From positions 83,984 to 147,983 of the forward strand of contig JBAQNH010000002.1 in NCBI GenBank assembly GCA_049303575.1: DNA of 64,000 bases, in the 5' to 3' direction. The notes beneath the pieces were generated by a model. It had not been told where the DNA came from. It saw nothing but the letters and a program-made list of their open reading frames with translations, and did no database searches. This document shows, piece by piece, positions 39,840 to 50,130 of this stretch. Numbering within the stretch: position 1 is the first letter of the stretch; each line of letters begins with the position of its first letter. The position numbers and the translations under genes are program-made. This DNA comes from Microgenomates group bacterium. Its GTDB lineage: Bacteria > Patescibacteriota > Microgenomatia > UBA1400 > MFAQ01.

Positions 39840-40439
39840 TTATTCAAACCTAAAAGTAGCCAGAATTTGATCTGTCAAAGCCTTGTTTACCTCTGTCGGA
39901 GGATATGTTGATACTGTAAATAGTTTCCCCTCTTTTATGATCGCTGTCGTATAGTGTGCTTTGGGTCCTGAAATATTAACCAGTCCTTCAATCCCCTTTA
40001 TTCCATCAATCGTCGCCTCCTTAACTGATTTTGGATCCATTCCTGTTTTGATTTTATCTAGCTCCTTACTGGTTACTGTCTCCAGTGGCTGATACAAAGC
40101 ATAAAGCTGATATGTTGGACTGTCTGATGATCCTTTCTCGACATAAAAACTAGCAACCCTAATTCTTCCGACATCGTCAGCTATTTCTTTTCTAAAGGTT
40201 GTATCGAGTGGAGTTTCCAAGGTGAGGAATAACCCCGCCTCATTAAATGTTTGCTTATTGCTTATCTCCCCTCCACAACCAGTAGTGGGCCTAGGTGTTG
40301 ATGGCTTTCCGTGCTGTATCCAAGAGCCATTTGTACAAATCCAAGTATCTTCATTCCCACCGAGAAGGAAACGAGCAATCAATAGTCCAACGAGTCCGAT
40401 TACAACGATAACAACGAAAGATATAAGGTACTTCTTCAT
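39840..40439 (-). CDS. hypothetical membrane-anchored/secreted protein
   Basis: N-terminal TM/signal. No motif. Confidence 0.4.
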   Translation of the reverse strand: MKKYLISFVVIVVIGLVGLLIARFLLGGNEDTWICTNGSWIQHGKPSTPRPTTGCGGEISNKQTFNEAGLFLTLETPLDTTFRKEIADDVGRIRVASFYVEKGSSDSPTYQLYALYQPLETVTSKELDKIKTGMDPKSVKEATIDGIKGIEGLVNISGPKAHYTTAIIKEGKLFTVSTYPPTEVNKALTDQILATFRFE

Positions 40440-40642
40440 ATGTCCTAATTATAAACCCACCACGTTTGTGGGCTCATCCTTATTCAAGTCCTCAAGGAGG
40501 CTCATTTGGGTATATTAAGTCACAACCAGATTTTCGAACTTTTCCGTAAATTTTTATTGTTACTCACCACTTCCATCTGTCACGACAAAAAACAACTAGA
40601 AACTTTCTACCAATTACAGCCATCCTTGGAATTATTTCATAT

Positions 40643-40999
40643 CTAAATTACGCCAAAGAAAAGCAGAACCAAAAATACAACAGTTAGAGCTCCAAAGACA
40701 CCAACTGTTTGAAAAAATAGGCGTACTGCCTCTTTTTTCTTTCCTTCAAATAAAAGCTGAAGTGGTTGATAAAAAAACAGATATGCCATTACCGCAACAG
40801 AAAGAGTTAGTAACGACAAAAATATGATTGGAGCAAAAAATGTGTCGGGTTTATTCTTAAGGGGTTGTGTCAAGAAAGTCATAATGGTGACACCGAGAAT
40901 TATGTAAGCCGAAGCACCAAGACCATTAACAATAGGATTCTTAGTCATATCGCATATTATAACCAGTTTTGCTCGCCAGCTGGGTCGATTTTCGAACAC
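40643..40999 (-). CDS. hypothetical membrane protein
   Basis: Three TM helices. Confidence 0.35.
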   Translation of the reverse strand: MFENRPSWRAKLVIICDMTKNPIVNGLGASAYIILGVTIMTFLTQPLKNKPDTFFAPIIFLSLLTLSVAVMAYLFFYQPLQLLFEGKKKEAVRLFFQTVGVFGALTVVFLVLLFFGVI

Positions 41000-41016
41000 A
41001 TATTCAATAAAAAAGA

Positions 41017-41772
41017 CTATCTCAATTCAGCTTTCAGCATCTCCTGAGCAGCAAAGTTAAAGAAATCATCATCAATTGTTTTATTGAAATCAAGATACTC
41101 CTTAACCTTTGGTCTTATTATCTCTCCCAACCTCTTTCTATTAACCACCTCTTCTCTTTCTCCTTCTCTTACAACCGGAGCAAAACTTCCTAATGGTTGG
41201 ATTTCTGGTGCAAAAATACCCTGAACGGCATAGGCAATTCCTTCATCAAGTAAGGTTGAATCTTTCCCGTGTTCATTTTCCAGGCCGGATATTCTCTCAA
41301 AAGCTTGTGCAAATTTTGAACCAGGTTTACTATCCAACAATCCATGAACTCCTTCATGGAGCACTGTTGAAGCACAGGTTGCATTGATAATTTCTCTACA
41401 TTTTGCATCTTTTTCGTTTTCCTCAACACCTTGTAAGGCTGTCCCCAATGCCAATTTCATCTCGTTAATTGCCTCTTCATCTTTTGGAAGTTGTATTTCA
41501 ATTACTCCGTTACCAATTTGTTGTCCTTCACCGACACGGCCATCAGTCAACTTGATAGACAGGTCTTTCGTTTCGATAGGAGAATAATCACCGAATAATC
41601 TTTTAACTTTCCCAAGAGCCAAATCAACTTCATCTGTCTTTAATCTTTCCGTTAGTAAAAATACTTGCACGGAATCACCATCCTGACGCATATCCTCTAT
41701 GGGGAATTTTAACCTGTTGTCAGACTCTATTTGATTTTCTGATGATGTACTATTTTCTTCTGGATCATCCAT
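41017..41772 (-). CDS. hypothetical cytoplasmic protein with an HExxH motif (putative zinc metallopeptidase)
   Basis: VLHEGVHGLLD contains HExxH. Acidic N-terminus. No signal peptide. Confidence 0.4.
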   Translation of the reverse strand: MDDPEENSTSSENQIESDNRLKFPIEDMRQDGDSVQVFLLTERLKTDEVDLALGKVKRLFGDYSPIETKDLSIKLTDGRVGEGQQIGNGVIEIQLPKDEEAINEMKLALGTALQGVEENEKDAKCREIINATCASTVLHEGVHGLLDSKPGSKFAQAFERISGLENEHGKDSTLLDEGIAYAVQGIFAPEIQPLGSFAPVVREGEREEVVNRKRLGEIIRPKVKEYLDFNKTIDDDFFNFAAQEMLKAELR

Positions 41773-41849
41773 ACCAAAAGTATACTAGAAGTTCGAGCCC
41801 TATCTGGTCTCCTTCAGTTATAAGGATAAAGTTGTGCCTAAAATTTTTG

Positions 41850-41923
41850 CTCCCCCGGCAGGGCTCGAACCTGCGACATCCTCCTTAACAGGGAGGCGCT
41901 CATACCAACTGAGCTACAGGGGA
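41850..41923 (-). tRNA. tRNA-Asn (anticodon GTT)
   Basis: Hand-folded cloverleaf: acceptor TCCCCTG/CGGGGGA, D-stem GCTC/GAGC, anticodon stem CCTCC/GGAGG with loop CTGTTAA, T-arm GCAGG-TTCGAGC-CCTGC, discriminator G. Coordinates +/-2. Confidence 0.8.
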
Positions 41924-41952
41924 ATAAAAACGTACACCTATTACGACAAGCC

Positions 41953-42279
41953 CTATTTTACCAACACACCACCCTTATTATCAAGTAAAACAAACCTAGC
42001 GTGAATTTCTCTGTGACAATTAGCACATACCAGTAAACACTTTTCTGCCTCATCAATAATTTTATCCCAACTTCTGGTTAAACCCCGCTGAGACAATTCA
42101 AACTCCTTAGTAGACTCATCAATATGGTGAAAATCTAATGCAACCAAACATCTCGAATAGCCACAAATCTGACACACACCTCCCTTATAGCCTACTAACT
42201 TCTTTTTCATTCGTAGTCTTCTAATGTTAGTAGCTTTTGATAAATATTCCCGTCTATCCGCATATTTTCTCTTATCCAT
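41953..42279 (-). CDS. HNH endonuclease
   Basis: CQICGYSRC..LDFHHID..CANCHREIH form the HNH zinc-finger nuclease motif. Confidence 0.7.
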   Translation of the reverse strand: MDKRKYADRREYLSKATNIRRLRMKKKLVGYKGGVCQICGYSRCLVALDFHHIDESTKEFELSQRGLTRSWDKIIDEAEKCLLVCANCHREIHARFVLLDNKGGVLVK

Positions 42280-42321
42280 ACAATAATAATACCGTAAATA
42301 ACACGAAATCTCAAATTAATT

Positions 42322-42354
42322 TCCCAATAAAATGGGCACCTTTTCGGTGCCCAT
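42322..42354 (-). terminator. rho-independent terminator downstream of the 42358..42741 gene
   Basis: ATGGGCACC-TTTTC-GGTGCCCAT hairpin. On the minus strand it is followed by TTTTATT. Confidence 0.65.
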
Positions 42355-42357
42355 AAT

Positions 42358-42741
42358 TTATATTTCTTTCAATAGATTCAGGTATTTTTCAACATCATCA
42401 GGATGATACTCAGCCAATGAACCAATCAGCATTTCCATATCAATCTTTGATATTCCAATTACTTTCGACACTGCAAGCTTCATCATTTCTTTGACAACAT
42501 AAAAATACAGCTGCTCATCTGTTCGAGGTAATGGGTGTGTTGAGTGATCGGTCAAGAAGTTACCCAAAATCAACATACTATTGGTTCCAACACGTTCCTG
42601 AGACGGTACGTGTAAGAATTCTACCCCATTAAGAATGGGAGATATTACGAAAAATTGTCCACCGATTTCTACGGACAACGAACTTGAGCATGTTTTTTCG
42701 GCAATTTTTCTCAAAAAATACAGGTCACGATTTTCTTTCAA
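42358..42741 (-). CDS. hypothetical protein
   Basis: ORF of 127 aa followed by a rho-independent terminator. No motif. Confidence 0.35.
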   Translation of the reverse strand: MKENRDLYFLRKIAEKTCSSSLSVEIGGQFFVISPILNGVEFLHVPSQERVGTNSMLILGNFLTDHSTHPLPRTDEQLYFYVVKEMMKLAVSKVIGISKIDMEMLIGSLAEYHPDDVEKYLNLLKEI

Positions 42742-42811
42742 TGTACACCTCCACGAACAGAATGAATTTCAACCCGTATTGTATCAATTAGTGCCCCATA
42801 ACACAATCTTC

Positions 42812-43138
42812 TTACTTCAATCTTCCCAAAACCACATTCAACAATGCCAAAACTACGGCCGCCAGTAAGGCTGCTCCAAAGTTTTTTACTCCAAAGCCCG
42901 GCACAATCTCCCCCATCAGCATAATTAGCCCTGCATTAATCACAAAAGTGAACAAACCTAAAGTCAAAAAATTTACCGGTAGGGTCAACAAAATCAGTAT
43001 TGGCTTTAATACTATCGATAACACCCCCCACACCACTGCCACCACCCCCAATGTCCCCCAGTCCGCTATCATAATTCCCGGAACAATTTTTGCCGTAATA
43101 AAAAACCCGAGAGCATTAACCAACAATTGTATTAACAT
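42812..43138 (-). CDS. 4-TM phage-holin-family (PF04020-like) membrane protein
   Basis: 108 aa and four TM helices. N-terminal LVNALGFFITAKIVPGI pattern is typical of the family. Confidence 0.5.
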   Translation of the reverse strand: MLIQLLVNALGFFITAKIVPGIMIADWGTLGVVAVVWGVLSIVLKPILILLTLPVNFLTLGLFTFVINAGLIMLMGEIVPGFGVKNFGAALLAAVVLALLNVVLGRLK

Positions 43139-43216
43139 ACCCCATCTTTATTCAAATTAACTCCGTTGTCAAATTGTACCCTTGTCTATCTCCTTGTTCT
43201 TTGCCATAATGGCGCC

Positions 43217-43819
43217 ATGACCGAAAGTTTGAAAGGTATCTCTGGCTCCATGTTTGCCGGGAAAACGGAAACCCTCCTCCGAGAAATCTCTCGGGCAGAA
43301 ATTAGCAAGAAAAAGGTTCAGGTTTTTAAACCAATTGTCGATGATCGCTGGGGCGAAAAAGACAAAGTTCGATCTCATTCCGGCGGAGAACACGATGCTT
43401 GTGCCGTAAAAAACGCCCTTGATATTCTTGCGTGTCTAGACGCAGATACTCAAGTCGTCGCCATTGAAGAAATCCAGTTTTTTGACCCGGAAATAATCAA
43501 CGTCGTTCGGGCTCTTCTGGAAGCTGATATCCGCGTCATCTTCGCCGGACTTTCTCAGGACTTCAGGGGAGAACCTTTCGGCTCCATGCCTACCCTCCTA
43601 GCCCTTTGTGACGAAATTGAAAAACCTACCGCTATTTGTACTGAAGAAGTCGACGGAAAAATCTGTGGTGCCAACGCTTCCAAAACCCAACGACTCATCA
43701 ATGGCCAGCCCGCAAACTTTAACGATCCCATTGTTCTCATCGGCGACCAAGACGAAGGCTATCAAGCTCGTTGTCCCAAACACCACAAAGTTCCGGGTAA
43801 ACCTCTTCCTAAAATCTAA
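43217..43819 (+). CDS. tdk: thymidine kinase
   Basis: P-loop ISGSMFAGKTETLLREI. C-terminal zinc ribbon (C..C...C..H). The track ORF begins at an upstream TTG; ATG (MTESLKG) is preferred. Confidence 0.85.
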   Translation: MTESLKGISGSMFAGKTETLLREISRAEISKKKVQVFKPIVDDRWGEKDKVRSHSGGEHDACAVKNALDILACLDADTQVVAIEEIQFFDPEIINVVRALLEADIRVIFAGLSQDFRGEPFGSMPTLLALCDEIEKPTAICTEEVDGKICGANASKTQRLINGQPANFNDPIVLIGDQDEGYQARCPKHHKVPGKPLPKI

Positions 43820-43820
43820 A

Positions 43821-44936
43821 CTAATCTAAGTAATCCTGCAGCTTTCTTCTTCTTGAAGGATGTCGTAGCTTCCTCAGGGCTTTGCTCTCTATCTGTCTTA
43901 TACGCTCGCGAGTCACTCCAAATACCTTACCCACCTCTTCGAGAGTTAAAGGTTTACTGCCGTCAAGACCAAAGCGCATTCGCAGCACCTTACTTTCACG
44001 CTCGGTAAGGCTTCCTAGAGCCTCTTCCAGGTTCTCATGCATCAGCTGTTTACTAGTTGATTCATAGGGAGTTGCCTGTCGTTCATCGGGGATAAAGTCC
44101 CCCAGCATTGAGTCTTCATCATCCCCTATTGGTGTTTCCAAAGAAGTCGTCTTTTGGGCAATTTTCAAAATTTCACGCACTTTTTCCGGTGTCGTCTCCA
44201 ACTCTGCGGCCACCTCTTCATCTGTAGGCTCACGACCCAAATCTTGCATTAGTTTTCTCTGAGTACGAATTAGTTTGTTTATCGTCTCCACCATGTGTAC
44301 CGGAATACGAATTGTTCTGGCCTGATCGGCAATCGCCCGGGTAATCGCCTGACGGATCCACCAAGTAGCATACGTTGAGAACTTAAATCCCTTTGTCCAG
44401 TCATACTTCTCAACCGCTCGGATTAGTCCCTTATTACCCTCTTGAATCAGATCCAAAAAACTCATTCCTCTACCCATGTACTTCTTGGCAATAGAAACTA
44501 CCAAACGTAAATTACTCTTAGTTAGCATGTCTTTCGCATTTCGATCTCCTCGTTCCACTTTCTGAGCTAGAGAAATTTCCTGTTCACGTTTCAATAGCGG
44601 AATGCGTCCAATTTCTTTAAGATACATGCGCACTGGATCATTTACCTCTGTGTCTTCCAGTTTTGAAAGTGACTCTAACTCTTTTTCCAGATCACTGGTC
44701 GCCTCAATTATCTCGGCATCCTGCCCGGACAGCACACTCTCAAACACATCAATATCTTCTTTAAATAACAACTCGTAGAGATAGTCCAGATCATTTACTT
44801 CATCTTCAGCTGTAGGAAAATACACCAAGATATCATCTTGGGTTACAAAGCCTTGTTCTTGCCCAAGTTCTAGAATTGCTTTGATTTTTTGTTGAATGGA
44901 AAGAGTCCCTTTATTTTCAGCCATAATAGTCTCCAT
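43821..44936 (-). CDS. rpoD: RNA polymerase primary sigma factor (sigma-70/RpoD)
   Basis: Region 2 ([27 protein letters not shown]) and region 4 HTH ([29 protein letters not shown]). Confidence 0.9.
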   Translation of the reverse strand: METIMAENKGTLSIQQKIKAILELGQEQGFVTQDDILVYFPTAEDEVNDLDYLYELLFKEDIDVFESVLSGQDAEIIEATSDLEKELESLSKLEDTEVNDPVRMYLKEIGRIPLLKREQEISLAQKVERGDRNAKDMLTKSNLRLVVSIAKKYMGRGMSFLDLIQEGNKGLIRAVEKYDWTKGFKFSTYATWWIRQAITRAIADQARTIRIPVHMVETINKLIRTQRKLMQDLGREPTDEEVAAELETTPEKVREILKIAQKTTSLETPIGDDEDSMLGDFIPDERQATPYESTSKQLMHENLEEALGSLTERESKVLRMRFGLDGSKPLTLEEVGKVFGVTRERIRQIESKALRKLRHPSRRRKLQDYLD

Positions 44937-44961
44937 TAGCTTACCACAAAAGAGCTTAAAA

Positions 44962-46728
44962 TCAACCCAAAAACGCTATTACCCTACTTTCTTTCTTGTT
45001 TAGCTCATTGAGCTTCGCAAATATCTCATCTTCTTTTTCTTCATTCCTTTCCCTCCTTGCCAGGTTCATCTCCTCCATTAGCTCTTTTTTTCGGTCACGA
45101 ATTATTTCTCTCAACAGTTGTACCGCTGCTTCTTCAACTTCTTTTTGGCCAGGCACCTCTTCGGAGTCTTCCGCCATGTATGCTTCTCCCGCTACTTCCC
45201 GTAGTTCTTCAGGAATATTTTTTACCAGTTCATCTACCGGCTGATTTTCTCTATTCTCCAGTAACCAGGTAATCAGTTTTCCCTCCGCTCCGGCAACGCT
45301 CACTCCCCCAAACCAGGGCGACACTATCTTTACCGCTTCCTGTTTCAAAATCAAAAGGCCAATCAATCGCCGAGCTAGTTTTACAATTCGTTTTTCCTCT
45401 ACCTTACCCCTTTCTTCACTTGTATTTTTTATCTCCTGCTTTCCGAAAATCTTTTTTTCTATCTCTCCCATCACTCCCTTTGTGGCCACCCCAATTTTGT
45501 CGGCCAATCGCTTTGCCCAAACTTCTCTTACCACATCATTTTCAATTTTTGCCAGAAATGGCACTACCTCTTCCGTAATTTTTTTAACGCCGTCTACTTT
45601 TGTCACGTCAAATTTTTTAAAAGCGCCGTCCATTATAAATTCATAAACATCGACTGATTTTTCCACCAGTTCCTTCCATTTTTCTGGAGACTTTCGGGCT
45701 ATTTCATCTGGATCTTTGCCGCCTTCTATCTGTACAACTTTTATGTTCATACCTCTCTTTTCTGCAAGCTCCACCGACCTTTTTATAGCCACGCTTCCTG
45801 CTTCATCCGCATCCATGGAAAGGTAAATTTTGTCTGCTAGTCTGGCCAGTAATTCTATCTGGTCTTCCGTCAGGGCCGTCCCCCCTACTGCCACTGTTTC
45901 TGTAATTCCAGCGGCATATGAGCTGATACAATCCATCTGTCCCTCCACCAAAACGACTCTTTTCTTTTCTCTAATTGCTTTTTTTGCTTGGAAAAAACCA
46001 TACAACATTCTGCTCTTGTGATACAGTGCCGTTTCCGGAGAGTTCATGTATTTTGGTTCATCATCTTTGGCCAATGTCGGTAAAATTCTTCCCGTAAAAC
46101 CAACCACCTTACCTCCGGCATCCTGCAAAGGAAACATTATTCTCCCTCGAAATTTATCGAAAACTCCCCCTTCTTTTGATTTTCGGCTCACCAGTCCCAC
46201 TTTTTCCAGCAACTCTTCGCTATATCCTTTTTTCTTAATCAAATAATTAACCACTCCTTCCCAACTCTGCATCGCAAATCCAAGATTAAAGGTCTCCATC
46301 AGTTTTTCGTTTATTTTCCGACTCCCAAGATACTCTCTGGCCGCCGCTCCGGCATTCCCCTCCATCAGTAGCCAGTGATAGTATCGTGCCGCCAGGTCCA
46401 TTACTTCCAACATCTTTGCTCGTTCGTCACTATCATCTCTCCTTCTGCTTACTAGCTTCACCCCGGCTTTTTCGGCTAGTCTTTCCAAAGCTTCCCGAAA
46501 CTCAATTCCCTCTATTTCCATCAGAAACTTTATTACATCCCCTCCGGCACCACACCCAAAACATTTATACAGCCCCATCTCTTCATTCACCATGAACGAT
46601 GGTGTCTTCTCTGAGTGAAACGGGCACAATCCTTTGTGGTGTCTTCCCATCTTCTTCAACACGACATAAGATCCCACCACGCCGACAATATCAGTTTTTC
46701 TCTTTATTTCCTCAACTTGATCTTCCAT
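44962..46728 (-). CDS. dnaG: DNA primase DnaG
   Basis: Zinc finger [26 protein letters not shown] ([11 protein letters not shown]). Classic dnaG-rpoD order. Confidence 0.9.
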   Translation of the reverse strand: MEDQVEEIKRKTDIVGVVGSYVVLKKMGRHHKGLCPFHSEKTPSFMVNEEMGLYKCFGCGAGGDVIKFLMEIEGIEFREALERLAEKAGVKLVSRRRDDSDERAKMLEVMDLAARYYHWLLMEGNAGAAAREYLGSRKINEKLMETFNLGFAMQSWEGVVNYLIKKKGYSEELLEKVGLVSRKSKEGGVFDKFRGRIMFPLQDAGGKVVGFTGRILPTLAKDDEPKYMNSPETALYHKSRMLYGFFQAKKAIREKKRVVLVEGQMDCISSYAAGITETVAVGGTALTEDQIELLARLADKIYLSMDADEAGSVAIKRSVELAEKRGMNIKVVQIEGGKDPDEIARKSPEKWKELVEKSVDVYEFIMDGAFKKFDVTKVDGVKKITEEVVPFLAKIENDVVREVWAKRLADKIGVATKGVMGEIEKKIFGKQEIKNTSEERGKVEEKRIVKLARRLIGLLILKQEAVKIVSPWFGGVSVAGAEGKLITWLLENRENQPVDELVKNIPEELREVAGEAYMAEDSEEVPGQKEVEEAAVQLLREIIRDRKKELMEEMNLARRERNEEKEDEIFAKLNELNKKESRVIAFLG

Positions 46729-46805
46729 CTTTGGGTTTTATTGGTATCAACCTGGCTCAATTGTACCCTAAAAAGGGACTCGCTTCATTCCCAAAACAAC
46801 TCTCG

Positions 46806-47042
46806 TTATTTCTTTTTTTTCTTCGTCGGTGTTGTCAGTCTGATATCTTTGTTTGTAATCAAATAAATGATCGGTAAAATTCCCAGACTATTTACCAAGA
46901 GTAAGGCGACAAACCAAACTTTCTGGTCTCTCTGAGCACTTTTGAAAAGAGTTACTCCTTTCAAAATCAAATCCGACAACACCAAAATCACTACCAACGG
47001 CGCCATACCTCCATATACAGGCATAAAGAATAAATTGTTCAT
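46806..47042 (-). CDS. small hypothetical membrane protein
   Basis: 78 aa. Two TM helices. Confidence 0.3.
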   Translation of the reverse strand: MNNLFFMPVYGGMAPLVVILVLSDLILKGVTLFKSAQRDQKVWFVALLLVNSLGILPIIYLITNKDIRLTTPTKKKKK

Positions 47043-47095
47043 AACTTAATCTTACACATTTTTTTCAACTTTTTCTTGTTTCCCCTATTTATCTC

Positions 47096-47473
47096 TTACA
47101 CAGGCAGGTACTTCTTTACAATCTTCGGAACTTCCTGAATGTCCACGTTTGCTTTCACAATGTAGTCCTTCGCTCCCAACTTCTTTCCTTCAGAGATACT
47201 CGTCTCTTGTTCAAAGTTGGTCAAAATGACAACAGGAATATCCTTCGTTTCTGGGTTTTGACGTATCACTTTCAAGACCTCAAAACCATTCTTAATTGGT
47301 AATAACAGATCGAGAAGTATCAGATCCGGAATTTCTCGCTGGATCATCTTCTCTGCTTCCTCTCCATCTGTCGCCAAACTTAATTCATAACCCTCGTTTT
47401 GAAGGATAAGAGACAGGGCGTTGGCGAGCACCGTGTCATCCTCCACGATCATCACTCTCTTCTTTTCTTCCAT
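47096..47473 (-). CDS. single-domain response regulator (CheY-like receiver only)
   Basis: MIVEDD..DLILLDLLLP..conserved K receiver signature. No output domain. Confidence 0.8.
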   Translation of the reverse strand: MEEKKRVMIVEDDTVLANALSLILQNEGYELSLATDGEEAEKMIQREIPDLILLDLLLPIKNGFEVLKVIRQNPETKDIPVVILTNFEQETSISEGKKLGAKDYIVKANVDIQEVPKIVKKYLPV

Positions 47474-49922
47474 TTTTTTGTTTAATTGGTAACTCTACAA
47501 AGAAGGTCGTTCCTAATTTTTCCTTAGACTCAAACCAAATCTTTCCTCCGTGGCTCTCCACCATACTTTTGGCCAAATAAAGTCCCAATCCTGATCCTGG
47601 AATTGTTTTTGCCACGTTATCCGCTCGAAAAAACTTATCAAATACTTTACTTTGTTGTTTCAATGGTACCCCCAACCCATGATCTCTCACATAGATCTTC
47701 ACCTTTCCCAAACCCAGCTCTGCCCCAACTTCAATTTTACTTCCTTCAGGTGAATATCTGACTGCATTATCAAACAAATTGCCGAAGACCTGGACCATTT
47801 GTGTCACGTCCGCGTCAATTTCCAAGTCCTCAGAAATAAGCTCCATTCCCTCGATGGTAATCTTCTTGTTCAAAAAGAGCCTTCCCTGTTCGTCAATCGA
47901 TCGCTGGAGCAAGTCCTTAACCGGGTAACTCGACACCTCTTTTACGATCTTTCCGCTATCGGCTTTTGACGTGGCCATCAGGTCATTCACCAAATCTATC
48001 ATTCGATTATTACTTTCACCAATTTTTTCAATATATTTCTGAATCTTCTCAATCGACATCTTTGGTGCATTTTGGTCCAATAGTTCCACAAACCACTTAA
48101 TCCCGGTTAGCGGAGTTCGGAGTTGATGGCTAGCCAAAGATATAAAATCGACTCTCATCTGTTCTAGCGCCTTTTCTTTTGTTACATCTCGCAAAACCCA
48201 CACCGTTCCCACTAGTTTCAAATTTTCATCAACAATAGGAGACGCCACTCCATCAACCGATACCGAAGTCCCGCTTTTGTTTCTTACTACTAAAGTATCT
48301 ACTGGCTTTGCTTGTTGTTTTTTTTCAAACACCGTCTCAATCAAATCGACTGGTTTTTTGCCTGTAGTTTCATAAGACAACGATAGTACTTCTTCAATAT
48401 TTTTTCCCATCATCTCCCTTTCGCCCAGACCAAACAATATCTCCATTGCTTTATTCGCCAAAATAATTTTTTTCTTGTCGTCGGTTACAAAAACGGCGTC
48501 ACCCATATCATGTAAGATTGCCTCCAGTTTATGTTTTTCCGTCAAAATATTCATATTGGCTCTCGCCAGTTCAATCTCCGCCCGTTTTCGACCCTCAATG
48601 TTTATTCCCAAAACCAACAAGTACTCCTTTTCGCCGATCATTAAAGTCGTTATTGAACACAAACAGGTAATTATTTCTCCGTTCTTTTTTCTAAACCGAT
48701 ACTCCTTATCTCGAATAATTTTATTTTTCTTCAACTCTTCAATCATTTTGTCCCTTTCTGTATTCTCAGCCCAAATGTTCAGACTCAAAACAGACTTTCC
48801 AATAACCTCCTCCTTTTTATAACCAAGAGACTCCGTAAAGGCGTTATTAACATCCAGATATATTCCTTCTTTAAGTGACGAAATCGTAATTATTTGAGGA
48901 CCGTTTTTAAATACTTGCGAAAACTTTTCTTCCGACTCTATTAATTTTTTTTCAGTCCTTTCTCTCTCTGTAATGTCACGCACGAAAGCCTGCAATCTTC
49001 CATCAGACAATCTCCTTGCCTTGGCTTCTATTATCAACACCTGTCCGTTTTTTCTTAACATCTTTCTCTTAAAATTCAAGTCCGTCCCTAATGCAAGTTG
49101 ATCCAGTCTTTTTTTTGCAGCCTCTCTTTCCTCAGACAAGTATGTGTCAATAATATTCACCTTTTTAATTTCTTCATCGGTATAACCCAACATTTCTTTC
49201 ATCTTTGAATTCACCAATAAAAAATGGCCCCTGGTATCCACTACAAAAATACCATCTGCTGCTTGTTCAATCAAAACTCGGTATTTTTCTTCACTCTCGG
49301 CCAGTTCTTCTACCACCAGATCCCGTTTCAGTCTATTGGACATCATTACCCCCAACATCAAAGTTGCCAAAGGATTAACGGTAATCACTGGAAACCAAAT
49401 AGTCAAAAAGGCTTCCCCCATAATTTCCTTGGGTAACAATACTACCAAAGCCAAATCAACTATGTGTATCACCAAGCCAAAAAGATACATCTCTATCCAA
49501 AGTAACTGGTGTAATTTTTTTCCTCTGAGATACCTCCATATCAGCCCAAAAGCACCGGCCATAATGATCTCCGATACTCCTGCTAAAGTTCCCACTCCTC
49601 CAATAGAAATTCTATATAAAACTGTCACAATAATCGCAATCAGTGTTGGAATCCAACCAAAAAATAATCCGGAAATCCCTAACAAAACAGTTCTTGTATC
49701 GAAAATCAGTCCTGGAATTAGTTCCCACTTCGTTGACATTACCGCCAACCCAACTCCTCCCAGAATTATTCCTACCATCACTTGCCAAATATAAGAGTTG
49801 CTCTTTTTTTGTCTTGTTGTTAACAACTCAAAAATCAAAACCATCGTCAAAAGAAGCGACGCGTTATAAACAAGACCCATAAAAAATTCACTATTCATTT
49901 CTCCTCCCCCCAGGCAGGTCAA
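47436..49922 (-). CDS. sensor histidine kinase with an N-terminal polytopic membrane domain and multiple PAS domains
   Basis: Six or more TM helices, three PAS-like repeats, HisKA (LASHQLRTPLTGI) and HATPase (GSGLGLYLAKSMVESHGGKIW). Confidence 0.85.
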   Translation of the reverse strand: MTCLGGGEMNSEFFMGLVYNASLLLTMVLIFELLTTRQKKSNSYIWQVMVGIILGGVGLAVMSTKWELIPGLIFDTRTVLLGISGLFFGWIPTLIAIIVTVLYRISIGGVGTLAGVSEIIMAGAFGLIWRYLRGKKLHQLLWIEMYLFGLVIHIVDLALVVLLPKEIMGEAFLTIWFPVITVNPLATLMLGVMMSNRLKRDLVVEELAESEEKYRVLIEQAADGIFVVDTRGHFLLVNSKMKEMLGYTDEEIKKVNIIDTYLSEEREAAKKRLDQLALGTDLNFKRKMLRKNGQVLIIEAKARRLSDGRLQAFVRDITERERTEKKLIESEEKFSQVFKNGPQIITISSLKEGIYLDVNNAFTESLGYKKEEVIGKSVLSLNIWAENTERDKMIEELKKNKIIRDKEYRFRKKNGEIITCLCSITTLMIGEKEYLLVLGINIEGRKRAEIELARANMNILTEKHKLEAILHDMGDAVFVTDDKKKIILANKAMEILFGLGEREMMGKNIEEVLSLSYETTGKKPVDLIETVFEKKQQAKPVDTLVVRNKSGTSVSVDGVASPIVDENLKLVGTVWVLRDVTKEKALEQMRVDFISLASHQLRTPLTGIKWFVELLDQNAPKMSIEKIQKYIEKIGESNNRMIDLVNDLMATSKADSGKIVKEVSSYPVKDLLQRSIDEQGRLFLNKKITIEGMELISEDLEIDADVTQMVQVFGNLFDNAVRYSPEGSKIEVGAELGLGKVKIYVRDHGLGVPLKQQSKVFDKFFRADNVAKTIPGSGLGLYLAKSMVESHGGKIWFESKEKLGTTFFVELPIKQKNGRKEESDDRGG

Positions 49923-49977
49923 TTACCATGTAACAATTCTAACACAGCAGCTTCAACAAGTTCAACGATATTAAGAT

Positions 49978-50009
49978 GCGGAAGGGATGTAACAAAGTCC
50001 GAACCTTTT
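49978..50009. repeat. copy A of a roughly 30-nt imperfect direct repeat (GCGGA.G.G..AAC.AAGTCCGAACCTTT)
   Basis: Core AAGTCCGAACCTTT at 49995..50008. The partner copy is at 50956..50985. Confidence 0.6.
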
Positions 50010-50130
50010 CAATCTCTAGTTAAATTTCGCCGACGATACCCCTTCTCCTCTTTCCCTCCTTGCTTGTACAACATAATTATCAATATCTAGTTTTTTCATC
50101 TCTTCTCCGGCAAACTTAAGAAACTCCTCG

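Noticed and set aside
43166-43216. TTG-initiated N-terminal extension of thymidine kinase
   Set aside because: Thymidine kinases begin right at the P-loop. The ATG at about 43217 (MTESLKGISGSMFAGKT) gives a canonical N-terminus.
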